Source of the DNA: Ignicoccus pacificus DSM 13166
GTDB lineage: Archaea; Thermoproteota; Thermoprotei_A; Sulfolobales; Ignicoccaceae
Assembly (NCBI GenBank): GCA_025340205.1
Contig: CP006868.1
Coordinates: 330,001-362,000, forward strand
Direction of reading: 5' to 3'
DNA length: 32,000 nucleotides
Both the position numbers and the translations under genes were made by a program. Below are positions 7,970 through 17,480 of this stretch, in pieces. A model generated the notes under the pieces. It was not told where the DNA came from. It worked only from the letters and a program-made list of their open reading frames with translations, and ran no database searches. Numbering within the stretch: the stretch's first letter is position 1; each line of letters begins with the position of its first letter.

Positions 7970-8971
7970 TTGAAGGTAGTGTTTACCACCAATCCGGGCT
8001 TGGAGGACGTAGCTGCTGAGGAGGTTAGCGAGTGGGGTGTGAAGATCCTTAGCTTGGAAGAGGGGAGGGCAGAAGGCCTCTGGGAAGGGGACCTCGAAGA
8101 TTTGGTTTGGAAGCTGGAGAGATCCAATACCATACACAAGGCCTTTGCTTTGTTTTATGAGGGGGATTTCGAGAAAGTTGATTTGAGCTGGGTGAAGGAG
8201 TTCATTACCCCACATGCGGACTTCGCAGTGAGGGCCCAGAGGATAGGAGAAGGTCCCGAGTCTCCCGAGATAGCTAGAATAATCGGAGAAAAGGTTATCG
8301 ATGAGGTAAAGAAGTTCTACGGCTCTCCTCCGAAGGTGAACTTGGACTACCCTTCGATAGTGATAGTCGCCGAGTGGAGGTTTGGGAAGCTCAGGGTAGG
8401 CTTGTTGCTCAGCGGCGAGGAGTCTTTACATAGAAGGTATTATAGGGTATATGAGCATATGGCCAGCTTGAAGCCCACCATAGCCTATTCCATGTTAAAG
8501 ATGGGGGAGGCTGAGAGGGCCCAAGTCCTAGTGGATCCCATGTGCGGATCTGGAACCATAGCCATAGAGGCGACTAAGTTTTTGGTCCCCAAGATATACT
8601 GTTTTGATATAAAAGAAAAGTACGTTAAAATAGCAAAGATGAACGCCAAGGTAGCCTTAGTAGATAAAATGATAGAGTTTGACGTGTGGGACGCGAGGAG
8701 GCTACACGAAAGAGTTGAGGGAGTTGATTTGATAGTCACTAATCCACCTTATGGAGTCAGGATGGGAAGTCCCAAGAAGGTATTGAAGCTCTACGAGGAG
8801 TTCGCCTTCTCCGCCTTTAACGCATTAAAGGAAAAGGGTAAGGTAGTGATGATAACCCCCTTAAGAGAAACAGAGGAAATCTTTGAGGAAAGGGGCTTTG
8901 AGATCGTCGAGAAGAGGAATGTCTATCATGGAGACCTTTGGGTAAAGCTCTTCATCTTTAAGAAGCCTTGA
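7970..8971 (+). CDS. THUMP-domain tRNA guanine-N2 methyltransferase (Trm14/RlmL-like)
   Basis: TTNPGLEDVAAEEV, DPMCGSGTIAIEA, DLIVTNPPYGVRMG. Confidence 0.85.
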   Translation: MKVVFTTNPGLEDVAAEEVSEWGVKILSLEEGRAEGLWEGDLEDLVWKLERSNTIHKAFALFYEGDFEKVDLSWVKEFITPHADFAVRAQRIGEGPESPEIARIIGEKVIDEVKKFYGSPPKVNLDYPSIVIVAEWRFGKLRVGLLLSGEESLHRRYYRVYEHMASLKPTIAYSMLKMGEAERAQVLVDPMCGSGTIAIEATKFLVPKIYCFDIKEKYVKIAKMNAKVALVDKMIEFDVWDARRLHERVEGVDLIVTNPPYGVRMGSPKKVLKLYEEFAFSAFNALKEKGKVVMITPLRETEEIFEERGFEIVEKRNVYHGDLWVKLFIFKKP

Positions 8972-8972
8972 A

Positions 8973-9503
8973 TTATACGTTTTCCAAAACCTTCCTCAAG
9001 TCCTCATCTAAGTACTTCTCGAAGTACTTGCTTATGTATTCCTTCCACTTCCTCAAGAGCAGTTCTAAGTGATCCTTTGCATCTTCCTTATCCACTGGCC
9101 CTCCCCATAGCCCCTCCGGATCCGGTCCATGGTATTGGTAGGTATGCAGACGTAGCGCTTCTGAGGTAACGTAGGCTACGTCCTTTACACCGACCTTCTC
9201 GAGCAAGCTGCTTAACGGACTTAACCTTGAACTAGGAGCGTATACTCCTTTCTTTAAGAACCACTCTTTCTGCCTTTCATCCTTCAATAGCTTTAAGATA
9301 TTGTCCTTCTTCAAGTAAAGGAGAGCTGAAATTAGGTCCTTCCAAGCTTGGAATGCCTTTCCGCATGCGTTCCTAATGAGACCCTCCTCAGCTAGCTTCT
9401 TCGCTAGGAATGCCTCGTAGATGGAGTCCTCGACTTTCTTTTTGATAAAGTTGTCCTTTGCTGGTTCCTCTAGCTTTTCCTTTGCCTTTTCGAGAAGGTT
9501 CAT
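8973..9503 (-). CDS. PaREP1-family protein
   Basis: SIYEAFLAKKLAEEGLIRNACGKAFQAWKDLISALL plus the downstream helical layout resemble crenarchaeal PaREP1 (HEPN-like) proteins. Confidence 0.6.
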   Translation of the reverse strand: MNLLEKAKEKLEEPAKDNFIKKKVEDSIYEAFLAKKLAEEGLIRNACGKAFQAWKDLISALLYLKKDNILKLLKDERQKEWFLKKGVYAPSSRLSPLSSLLEKVGVKDVAYVTSEALRLHTYQYHGPDPEGLWGGPVDKEDAKDHLELLLRKWKEYISKYFEKYLDEDLRKVLENV

Positions 9504-9784
9504 TCGTTAGAACCCCACTTAAGGTATTCGTCTTCCTTGAAAAGCTTAGATTAATGTTTATTGGTAATCATCAATTTCGTCCCACTCTCCTTGAGCTAAA
9601 TTACTAGTACTTGAACAGATGGGACGTTAGCTTGAAGGAAGCGTTATTTCAGTAGCGGATCAGCCTTCTTGGGACGCGATGAGGAGAGCCGGCGTGAGGA
9701 TCGAATGACTTCAGGATCACCGGACCGAGCTTCTCATGGAGCATTGATATACGAGCTGGCCAAGCTCTCAGAGGGGTTCAAGCT

Positions 9785-11470
9785 TTGGAGGTAATTGGAC
9801 CTTACGACGTAGTAGTGGTGGGAGGAGGACTAGCGGGCCTGAGAGCTGCCATAGAGGTGAAGAGGCTGGGAGCCACTGTTCTAGTAATAGCTAAGTCCCA
9901 CCCCTTGAGGAGCCACTCCTCCGCCGCCGAAGGGGGTATTGCTGCTTACATAGAAGGGGCCTCCGATCCAAGGGACTCTCCCCTCCAGCACGCTTACGAT
10001 ACCGTGAAGGGTTCCGATTGGCTAGCTGATCAAGACGCAGTAGAGCTCATGACTAGGGATGCGGAGAGGGCGATAATAGAGCTTGAGAAGTGGGGATGCC
10101 TTTTCTCCAGGGATCAAGAGGGAAGGATAGCTAGGAGGCCCTTCGGAGGACACACCTATCCCAGAACTAGGTTCGCTGCGGATAAAACTGGAATGTGCTT
10201 GCTCCACACGGTCTTTGAAAGGGCCTTAGCAGAAGGGGTGGAGATGCTCTACGAGTTCTACGTAACCGACTTGGTTAGTGACAAGGAGAGGGTTTACGGA
10301 GTCTACGGCTTCGACCTTAGGAGCGGGGTCGATTACTTCATAAAGAGCAAAGCAGTGGTAATGGCTACGGGCGGAGGAGGCCTAATGTACAAGTTCTCCA
10401 CCAACAGCTATCTTAATTCCGGAGATGGGTACGCGATAGCCGCTAGAGCCGGAGCTAAGCTAGCCGACATGGAGTTCATCCAGTTTCACCCCACCGCTCT
10501 GTATCCAACTAACATCTTGATTACAGAGGCCGCCAGAGGAGAGGGAGGATACCTAATCAATAAGGAAGGAGAGAGGTTCATGAAAAGGTACGCTCCAGAG
10601 AGGATGGAGCTGGCTCCTAGGGACGTGGTCGCTAGGGCAATAGTGAACGAGATCAAGGAGGGAAGAGGCTTCGAGGGAGGTTACGTCCTCTTGGATCTAA
10701 CTCACTTGGGAGAGGCGAAGATCATGGAGAGACTGCCATTGGTAAGGGAAGTGGCCATGAAGTTCGCTAAGGTGGATCCGGTGAAGGAGCCCATACCCGT
10801 TAGGCCCGCTGCCCACTATACCATGGGAGGAATCAAGACAGACTTGGACGGAGCAACCAACGTGAAGGGGTTATTCGCAGCCGGAGAGGCCGCCTGCGTC
10901 AGCGTCCACGGAGCTAACAGGCTAGGAAGTAACTCCTTGTTGGAGACCTTGGTCTTCGGAAGGAGGGCCGGAATGGCTGCAGCAGCTTATGCTAAGGACA
11001 GGGGCTACATGGAGCCCCCGAAGGAAGCGGTGAAGGAAGCTGAGGCTAGGCTGTGGGCTCCCACTACCTTGGAGACCGGGTTGAAGTTCGGAGACTTGAG
11101 GAAGAAGGTAGGAGAGATAATGTGGGAGCACGTTGGAATAGAGAGGAATGAAGAGGGACTGAAGAAGGCAGTGGAGGAGCTAACCAATCTGTACAGGTTA
11201 ACCAAGAGCTTGAGCGCTAGTGGAGGTCCCGGGGCCTATGAACTAATGGCCGCCCACGAGACCATAAACATGATAATGAACGCCTTGGCAACCGCTCAAG
11301 CAGCCCTCTGGAGGACCGAGAGCAGGGGAGCCCATTATAGGATAGACTACCCGAAGAGAGACAACGAAAACTGGTTGGTCCACACCATAATGACTTGGAA
11401 GGGAGGATGGGAGCTGAGCAAGGAGCCGGTCACCATAACCAGGTGGCCTCCTGAAGAGAGGAAGTACTAA
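9785..11470 (+). CDS. sdhA: Succinate dehydrogenase/fumarate reductase flavoprotein subunit
   Basis: [85 protein letters not shown]. Confidence 0.93.
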   Translation: MEVIGPYDVVVVGGGLAGLRAAIEVKRLGATVLVIAKSHPLRSHSSAAEGGIAAYIEGASDPRDSPLQHAYDTVKGSDWLADQDAVELMTRDAERAIIELEKWGCLFSRDQEGRIARRPFGGHTYPRTRFAADKTGMCLLHTVFERALAEGVEMLYEFYVTDLVSDKERVYGVYGFDLRSGVDYFIKSKAVVMATGGGGLMYKFSTNSYLNSGDGYAIAARAGAKLADMEFIQFHPTALYPTNILITEAARGEGGYLINKEGERFMKRYAPERMELAPRDVVARAIVNEIKEGRGFEGGYVLLDLTHLGEAKIMERLPLVREVAMKFAKVDPVKEPIPVRPAAHYTMGGIKTDLDGATNVKGLFAAGEAACVSVHGANRLGSNSLLETLVFGRRAGMAAAAYAKDRGYMEPPKEAVKEAEARLWAPTTLETGLKFGDLRKKVGEIMWEHVGIERNEEGLKKAVEELTNLYRLTKSLSASGGPGAYELMAAHETINMIMNALATAQAALWRTESRGAHYRIDYPKRDNENWLVHTIMTWKGGWELSKEPVTITRWPPEERKY

Positions 11471-12024
11471 TCCATCCTCCTACTTGTAAAGAATTTTCTA
11501 ACATAGATGCACTTGTTCTTAATGTTTAAAGTGTTACAGCATTCTAATATTCCTCTATCCTCTGTCACAGCAATATATGTACAACGTGTCGCTAATTCGA
11601 GGATCTTCTTATCTATTGTACTCAAGGGATTGCCTTTCTTAGGTTTACAATCGATATGAGGGACGTAATCCTCACCAAAGGGATCTAGCAGTATTCTTTC
11701 GTATCCTATAATCTTTTCAATGCTTAGTCTTACTAATGCCTTTATCTTTCTGAATATACATATGTTATTACGTACTATTATCATCCCTCTCTTTTTTGAT
11801 TCCATTTTAACTGAGTCATACAAGAATTCGACAACCCGTGAGGTTAACGGATCATACTCCTTTGGATTACGTTCTGTGATGAGATATTGGCATATGTACC
11901 CAGCCATCGACTTGGAGTATTCATCTATGATCGTGTTCAGTATGACCCAATCCTTGTGTTTGGGCTTATACCCTAGTAGGAGATAGGTTATACAGTTAGC
12001 ATCCAGAAGAATGGGTATGCTCAC
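11467..12024 (-). CDS. PIN-like domain protein with long central insertion (candidate toxin)
   Basis: N-term [18 protein letters not shown] and C-term [31 protein letters not shown] bracket a PIN-like acidic motif set. Confidence 0.55.
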   Translation of the reverse strand: MSIPILLDANCITYLLLGYKPKHKDWVILNTIIDEYSKSMAGYICQYLITERNPKEYDPLTSRVVEFLYDSVKMESKKRGMIIVRNNICIFRKIKALVRLSIEKIIGYERILLDPFGEDYVPHIDCKPKKGNPLSTIDKKILELATRCTYIAVTEDRGILECCNTLNIKNKCIYVRKFFTSRRMD

Positions 12025-12485
12025 TCATCGAGCACCCCATAGGCTATAGCGTAATCTTCAGCTTCCTCTAGGGATTCCTCTATTATTTCTCTTAGTAGTT
12101 CCTTTCCCTTTTTGTCCTCCAATTCTTCTAGGAGCTTTATTTTTGCTATTGCGTGATATAGGGGTGCGAGTATTAATGCTCTTTCGTCTTCGTTGAGGTT
12201 CTCCCATTTGGGAGAGCATTGAGCTCTAAGCACTTTTAGTATCTTGTTGGTAAGAGGGTCTGGGTCCGTCAGCTCTGACTCTTTGCACAATACTTCTCTC
12301 ATTTTCTTCCAGTATTCCTTTTCAAATTTGGATAGCGAAGTTATGTATTCTTTAGTAATGTTTATTGCCTCACTCAGCTTTACCTTCCCAATCAGTTTGC
12401 TTAGCACTTCCATCAGCTTCTCGGGATTTCCGGATCCAATTATATCGCTCCGTGCGACATCTGAGGGGCTAATCACTATAATCAC
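12021..12485 (-). CDS. Uncharacterised alpha-helical protein, coupled partner of the PIN-like gene
   Basis: 4-nt ATGA overlap with the downstream PIN-like ORF; 154 aa, no recognised motif. Confidence 0.55.
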   Translation of the reverse strand: MIIVISPSDVARSDIIGSGNPEKLMEVLSKLIGKVKLSEAINITKEYITSLSKFEKEYWKKMREVLCKESELTDPDPLTNKILKVLRAQCSPKWENLNEDERALILAPLYHAIAKIKLLEELEDKKGKELLREIIEESLEEAEDYAIAYGVLDE

Positions 12486-12562
12486 CTTCTATAGAAGGAT
12501 CTTCCTAACAGACCCAATTAGTGGATAGGTTCGGGAAAATATAAGATTTAGTCTTTACACGA

Positions 12563-12919
12563 TTACTTCACGGTCAATCTGAATTCCTCCTTCTTCCCCT
12601 CCTTATCAAATATCATGACCACGAACTCCCTCTTCCTCTCTTGCACGAGCTCTGCCGGCTTTATGGTAACGACATAGCTTCCATCCTCTAGTTGATGGTA
12701 GTTCTCGACCACGTATTCCCTCCCGAGCCTTTCGGATATTGAAAATGCCATGTCCTCAAAGTAGTCGTAGGCTCCGCAAGTGAAGCATATGTGGCCCTTG
12801 AAGAGTATCTTTATCTCATCCTCCTTGGCCTCTAGCACTTCACACTCCGCCGAGAACCTCTCATTGAACTCCTTGACCGCCTCTTCAACAGCTTTCCTCA
12901 CGTCCATAGCTGAACCCAT
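12563..12919 (-). CDS. Hypothetical archaeal protein (118 aa) with CFTCG motif
   Basis: Coherent ORF with charged, protein-like composition. Confidence 0.55.
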   Translation of the reverse strand: MGSAMDVRKAVEEAVKEFNERFSAECEVLEAKEDEIKILFKGHICFTCGAYDYFEDMAFSISERLGREYVVENYHQLEDGSYVVTIKPAELVQERKREFVVMIFDKEGKKEEFRLTVK

Positions 12920-12944
12920 GTTAACGGTGTAAAATAGGAGCTTA

Positions 12945-13481
12945 TTAAGCTGGATACTTGAAGCAGGCGAACCACTCCAAGTCGCAAACCTTCCCCCAAT
13001 CCTTAAACTGGTCCTTGCTCAAGAACTTAGAATACTTGTATATGGGATGGCCCTTCCTCCCCCTCTCCTCGTACTTCTTAGCTAGCCCGCTTTCCTTGGG
13101 AATTATACAAGCTACTACGCTCTTGCTGACCCTCTCGGCCTCCTTCAACGCTTTCTTCACATCGTTTACAAAGCAGAGGGAGGTTACGAAGAAGGAGGAG
13201 TCGAAGGAGTTTGAGCGGAAAGGTAACATCTCAGCTATTCCCAAGATCGCTTCCACGTCCTTCCTCTTTGCGACCTTTAGAGCCCCTAAAGCGGGATCTA
13301 GGTTTACAGCTCCGAGAGGGGAGGAGAATGCTCCGGTTCCCCCTCCTACTTCCAATATCCTCTTCCCTTGGATCCCCTTCTTAACGCACTTGAGCTCCTT
13401 CTTGTAAATTTCTTCCTTCTCCTCGTACCACTTATCATATTCCTCGGCTACCTGAGAAAACACCTCGAAGCTCATCTTCAC
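12945..13481 (-). CDS. Class I SAM-dependent methyltransferase
   Basis: KRILEVGGGTGAFSSPLGAVNLDPALGALKVAKRK...AEMLPFRSNSFDSSFFVTSLCFV. Confidence 0.8.
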   Translation of the reverse strand: MKMSFEVFSQVAEEYDKWYEEKEEIYKKELKCVKKGIQGKRILEVGGGTGAFSSPLGAVNLDPALGALKVAKRKDVEAILGIAEMLPFRSNSFDSSFFVTSLCFVNDVKKALKEAERVSKSVVACIIPKESGLAKKYEERGRKGHPIYKYSKFLSKDQFKDWGKVCDLEWFACFKYPA

Positions 13482-14803
13482 TCTCCCATCTGGTTCATGA
13501 GCTTTGCCAACAGACCCTTCTTCCTCTTCAATTGCTTTATCATCTTCTTTGTCATGTTATATTGTCTCAGCAACTCCTCAACGTCCCTTACGGAGGTACC
13601 GGAGCCTATAGCGATCCTCCTCATCCTCGACCTGTTTATTATGCTTGGCTTTTTCAGTTCCTCCATTGTCATTGAGTTTAGTATCGCTAGCCACTTATCC
13701 AAGACCTTGTCGTCAACTTGCCCCAGTATCTTGTCGCTCATAGCTAGGCCTACTCCGGGAAGCATCTGCAGAAGCTTCTTCAGCGATCCCATCTTCTTAA
13801 CAGAGATTATTTGGTAGTAGAGGTCTTGGAGGGTGAACTCTCCTTTTTCCATGATCTTCTCGCTTAGCTCCTCTAGCTTCCCTCCCTCCTCTATCTCCTT
13901 CAGCCTTTCTAGGAGGCCCTCCAAGTCTCCTAGGCCGAGTATCCTTGCTACGAACTTCTTGGGCTTGAAGACTTCCAGCTCATCCAGCTTCTCTCCAGTT
14001 CCTATGAACTTTATGGGAGCTCCGGTGACCGCTACCGCGCTTAAGGCACCTCCTCCCTTTGCCGTTCCATCAAGCTTGGTTATTACAATAGACCCTATGG
14101 GAGTAGTTTTGTGGAACGTCTCTGCCAGAGGCTTCGCTTGCTGACCTATGCTGGCGTCAATTACGAGCATGACCTCGTCAGGATTTATCTCCTTTGCGAT
14201 GTCTTCCATTTCCTTTAGCAAGTCAGCTTCCTTTCTGTGCCTTCCAGCGGTGTCAACAATGATTATCTCAGCACCCTTCTTCTTTGCCCATTCCACCCCC
14301 CTCTTCGCTATTCCTACCGCGTCATCTCCCGGCTCGGTGTAGAAGAGAACTCCGACCCTTTCCGCTAGCTGCCTAAGCTGGTCCTTCGCTCCGGGCCTGT
14401 AGGTGTCGGCGGCAACCAAGGCTACTCTGTATCCTCTCACTTTATAGAACCTGGCCAGCTTTCCGGTAGTGGTGGTCTTACCGGATCCTTGAACTCCGAC
14501 CATCATTATGACCCAAGGTATCTTCTTAGGCTTCACGTCCGGCTCAACGTCGCCTCCGAAGAGGTTCGCCAACTCCTCGTATACTATCTTGATGAACCAA
14601 TCCCTCCTCGACGCTCCGGGCGGGGGCTTCTCCTTGAGGGCCCTCTCCTTTATCCTCCTGGTAAGCTGGAGCACTAGCCTCACGTTTACGTCAGATTTTA
14701 TCAAGGTCTTCTGTAGCTCCTTGACGAACATGTTAACCGAGGTCTCGTAGTCTGCCGAAGACCTCAAGAACTTCCTCACGGCGTCCCTAACGCCTTCTAG
14801 CAA
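13478..14803 (-). CDS. srp54: Signal recognition particle GTPase SRP54
   Basis: GVQGSGKTTTTGKLARFYKVRGYRVALVAADTYRPGAKDQLRQLA, DTAGRH, TKLDGTAKGGGALSA, Met-rich M domain. Confidence 0.97.
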   Translation of the reverse strand: MLEGVRDAVRKFLRSSADYETSVNMFVKELQKTLIKSDVNVRLVLQLTRRIKERALKEKPPPGASRRDWFIKIVYEELANLFGGDVEPDVKPKKIPWVIMMVGVQGSGKTTTTGKLARFYKVRGYRVALVAADTYRPGAKDQLRQLAERVGVLFYTEPGDDAVGIAKRGVEWAKKKGAEIIIVDTAGRHRKEADLLKEMEDIAKEINPDEVMLVIDASIGQQAKPLAETFHKTTPIGSIVITKLDGTAKGGGALSAVAVTGAPIKFIGTGEKLDELEVFKPKKFVARILGLGDLEGLLERLKEIEEGGKLEELSEKIMEKGEFTLQDLYYQIISVKKMGSLKKLLQMLPGVGLAMSDKILGQVDDKVLDKWLAILNSMTMEELKKPSIINRSRMRRIAIGSGTSVRDVEELLRQYNMTKKMIKQLKRKKGLLAKLMNQMGE

Positions 14804-14920
14804 GCGTCCTACCCACTATTCGGATTGAGCGAGGGTTTAATGTTAGGACGACGCCCAGCGTCTTAAGGGACTCTATATTGATTAAAAGCTGGCCCGGAGC
14901 CATACAGACGGTAGTGAAGC

Positions 14921-15835
14921 GTGCCGCTATTCGGGAGGAAGAAGGCCAGTAAGAAAGAGGAGAAGCACATTGAGCCCCCGCCGAACAGCATAGGCATAGT
15001 GGGCTTCAAGGGAGGAGTCGGAAAGACTGCAACGGCAATAGAGCTCAGCTTCTTGGTGGCGAGGAGAGGGATGACTCCTTCCTTGATAGACTGGGATCCC
15101 TACAACGCGAGAGCTACTATAAGAATCCTAGGAAGCAACTGGGAGGTGCCTTGCGGCGCTTGGGACTACGTGGCCGGAGACTGCTCCAAGGGCCCTTCGG
15201 AGGCCGCGATAAGGGTGAAGGTGAAGAGGGAGGAAGGAGGAAAGCCTCTGAACCTCTTCCTCTCTCCACCCACTAGGACATACGGAGCGGTGACGGACAA
15301 GATACTCGAGGCCTTAGGAAACCCGGATTACCCCAAGAGGGCGGAGAGGGCCAACGAGCTGGCTAGGTATATGGGCAACATAGGAGACATAGTGTTCAAC
15401 GACTTCCAAGTCCCCTCGTGGATGGGGCTTCAAGCGTTCAAGGAGATAGTGGACGTGACCTCCAGATGGCTAATAGTTGTGGTTGATCACTTACCCCAGA
15501 GCTTCCAGCAGACGGAGCACTTGACTAAAATGCTCTTCCCCAACAAGGTCCTAGCCTTAATCGTAAGCAAGGTTCCCCCCGCCCTCTTGGCTAATCCTCA
15601 AGAGAATAAGACCATAATGGCTAACGCAAAGAAGCTCCAGAATAGCATAGGTGCTAAGGTTCTGGCAATAGTTCCCTTCGACGCGGCCTTATACGACCAG
15701 ACCACCAGAGGAGCAGCCGCTTCCGTAGCCGCATCCAAGGATCCATCTAAGGTCAGGAGTCTGAGGATACTCAACAGATTGCTCAACGTGATAATAGACG
15801 AGGTGCTCAAGAACAAGCCCGGAGTAGGAATATGA
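14921..15835 (+). CDS. MinD/ParA-like P-loop ATPase
   Basis: Deviant Walker A GFKGGVGKTATAIELSFLVARRG, then LIDWDPYNARAT and VVVDHLPQSF. Confidence 0.7.
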   Translation: MPLFGRKKASKKEEKHIEPPPNSIGIVGFKGGVGKTATAIELSFLVARRGMTPSLIDWDPYNARATIRILGSNWEVPCGAWDYVAGDCSKGPSEAAIRVKVKREEGGKPLNLFLSPPTRTYGAVTDKILEALGNPDYPKRAERANELARYMGNIGDIVFNDFQVPSWMGLQAFKEIVDVTSRWLIVVVDHLPQSFQQTEHLTKMLFPNKVLALIVSKVPPALLANPQENKTIMANAKKLQNSIGAKVLAIVPFDAALYDQTTRGAAASVAASKDPSKVRSLRILNRLLNVIIDEVLKNKPGVGI

Positions 15836-15888
15836 GATGAGAGAGGTAGAAACCCCGACTGAGCGGTGATGAGGGAGTTTTCGGTCGA

Positions 15889-16692
15889 TCAGACTATCCA
15901 AGTGCCCTCCCTGCTCTCTATTACGGAGAGCGGATCATCCTTGGTACCGTCAGCTATTACCACCTTAGTTCCCTCCATGGCAACCCTTCCAGCCATTATC
16001 ACCTTAATGTTCATTCCAGGTCCTATCTTGCTCTTAGCGAACTCTTCCGCCTCTTGAGCTCTTATCTCCTTCACTACCTCCCTATCTACCAGAACTCCGG
16101 GGACGTCCGTGAGGAGTAACAAGTAGTCGGCCTTCAGAGCCTTAGCTATTTCAGCTGCCATCTGATCTCCGTTGACGTTCAGGAGCTCCCCCTCCTTTCC
16201 GAGGGCTATTGGGGCTACCACTGGAACCATGTCGCTGTTCAAGAGGGCCTCAAAGGGCTCCTTCCTCACCTCAACTATCTTCCCGGTATAGCCTCCGGGA
16301 ATGGCCCTCTTCCTCTCCCTCTCTCCGACCTTCTCTTTAACGATAACCCTCCTCTTCCTCTCCGCTATTACCGAAGGTCCGTCGGCTCCGGTCATTCCGA
16401 AGGCGTTCCTTCCCTGCTTGTAGAACTCGCTCACTATCTTCTTGTTGAGAAGGCCACCCAGAACGGCCACGAAGACCTCCAGCTCCTTCTCATCAGTATA
16501 ACGGAACTTGACTCCGGAGGCGGAGATCTTGAACTGAGGCTCCATACCCATCCTCCTCTCCCACTCGTCCACTAGATCCCCTCCTCCGTGGACGAATATT
16601 ACCTTCCAGTCCTTCCTCTTAACTATGCTCTTCACAATGTTCTCCATGTTGTTCATTAAAGTCCTTCCTCCGGCCTTAACTACCACGAGCAC
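15889..16692 (-). CDS. lysZ: Amino-acid kinase family, LysW-aminoadipate/glutamate kinase-like
   Basis: VVVKAGGRTLMNNMENI, VHGGGDLVDEWERRMG, TGADGPSVIAERKRR, NVNGDQMAAEIAKALKAD, LLLTDVPGVL, GPGMNIKVIMA. Confidence 0.75.
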   Translation of the reverse strand: MLVVVKAGGRTLMNNMENIVKSIVKRKDWKVIFVHGGGDLVDEWERRMGMEPQFKISASGVKFRYTDEKELEVFVAVLGGLLNKKIVSEFYKQGRNAFGMTGADGPSVIAERKRRVIVKEKVGERERKRAIPGGYTGKIVEVRKEPFEALLNSDMVPVVAPIALGKEGELLNVNGDQMAAEIAKALKADYLLLLTDVPGVLVDREVVKEIRAQEAEEFAKSKIGPGMNIKVIMAGRVAMEGTKVVIADGTKDDPLSVIESREGTWIV

Positions 16693-16748
16693 AACTCATC
16701 CCCATCGCCTTCCAGTCAAGGAATATATCTGGCTTTCCGAGGGTAGAG

Positions 16749-16807
16749 GGGCAATGATGGACCGCATCCTTGGCCGAGGGATGAGGCACAAACCCCGGAC
16801 TGAGCCC
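16749..16807 (+). ncRNA. Candidate C/D box sRNA
   Basis: Box C ATGATGG 16754-16760, D' CCGA 16774-16777, C' GGGATGA 16778-16784, D CTGA 16800-16803. Terminal stem GGGC/GCCC, TATA-like AATATAT ~25 nt upstream. Confidence 0.5.
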
Positions 16808-16913
16808 TTCAAGCCCTTTATTGTTCGAATTTTCTGATCATGTGGAAAAACGTTCTCTTTTGCTTACCCTCTGCTTTAATTGAGGTCCTCTCTACCTTTC
16901 ACGGGTCGCAAGG

Positions 16914-17480
16914 ATGGAGGGAACTAAGGAGTACACCCCAGAGACCATAAAGATATTGGAGTTGCTCGCCTACTTCTATCAGACCTACTTCCGTTCCATA
17001 ACCTTCTCCGCCCTTCCAGCAGAGCTGGAGGCGATACTGGGAGACGCCGCTTACGGCGTAATAGTTCGAATAGTTGCGGGGGCGTCTGGAAAGGCAGTCC
17101 CTACTATGGCAAAGAACATGGGCTATCAGTTGGAAGATGAGGACAAGCTAGCTGCTTTGGCCAACCTCAACAAGAAGTGCCACGTCGAACTGTACCAAGA
17201 GACCTCGAAGATAAAGGGTCTGGGAGACATAGGCTTAATCCCCGTTGAGTACAACAAGGAGAAAGGGAGAGTGCTCTTCCAGCTGGACAAGTGTCCTAAG
17301 AACATAATCGCAGCCGCTCCCTTCGTGGGAATAGTCGTTGGAATCTCAAGGGCTTTGGGGCTTAAGGTAACTGCAATAAGAACGCCGGAGCAGAAGCAGA
17401 TGATAAAGGAAGGATTCGTGGTGTATCCGATACTCAAGAAGGAAGAGGGCAAGTGCTACATAGCGGTCGAAAGGGTCTAA
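16914..17480 (+). CDS. Hypothetical archaeal protein (188 aa)
   Basis: Long coherent ORF with clear intergenic promoter space. Confidence 0.65.
   Translation: MEGTKEYTPETIKILELLAYFYQTYFRSITFSALPAELEAILGDAAYGVIVRIVAGASGKAVPTMAKNMGYQLEDEDKLAALANLNKKCHVELYQETSKIKGLGDIGLIPVEYNKEKGRVLFQLDKCPKNIIAAAPFVGIVVGISRALGLKVTAIRTPEQKQMIKEGFVVYPILKKEEGKCYIAVERV

Noticed and set aside
9677-9728. Possible C/D box RNA (GCGATGAGG...CCGA) upstream of sdhA
   Set aside because: No convincing D'/C' pair and poor promoter; overlaps a potential sORF.
13368-14750. Long plus-strand ORFs opposite SRP54
   Set aside because: Ser/Pro/Phe-rich antisense frames of a conserved gene.
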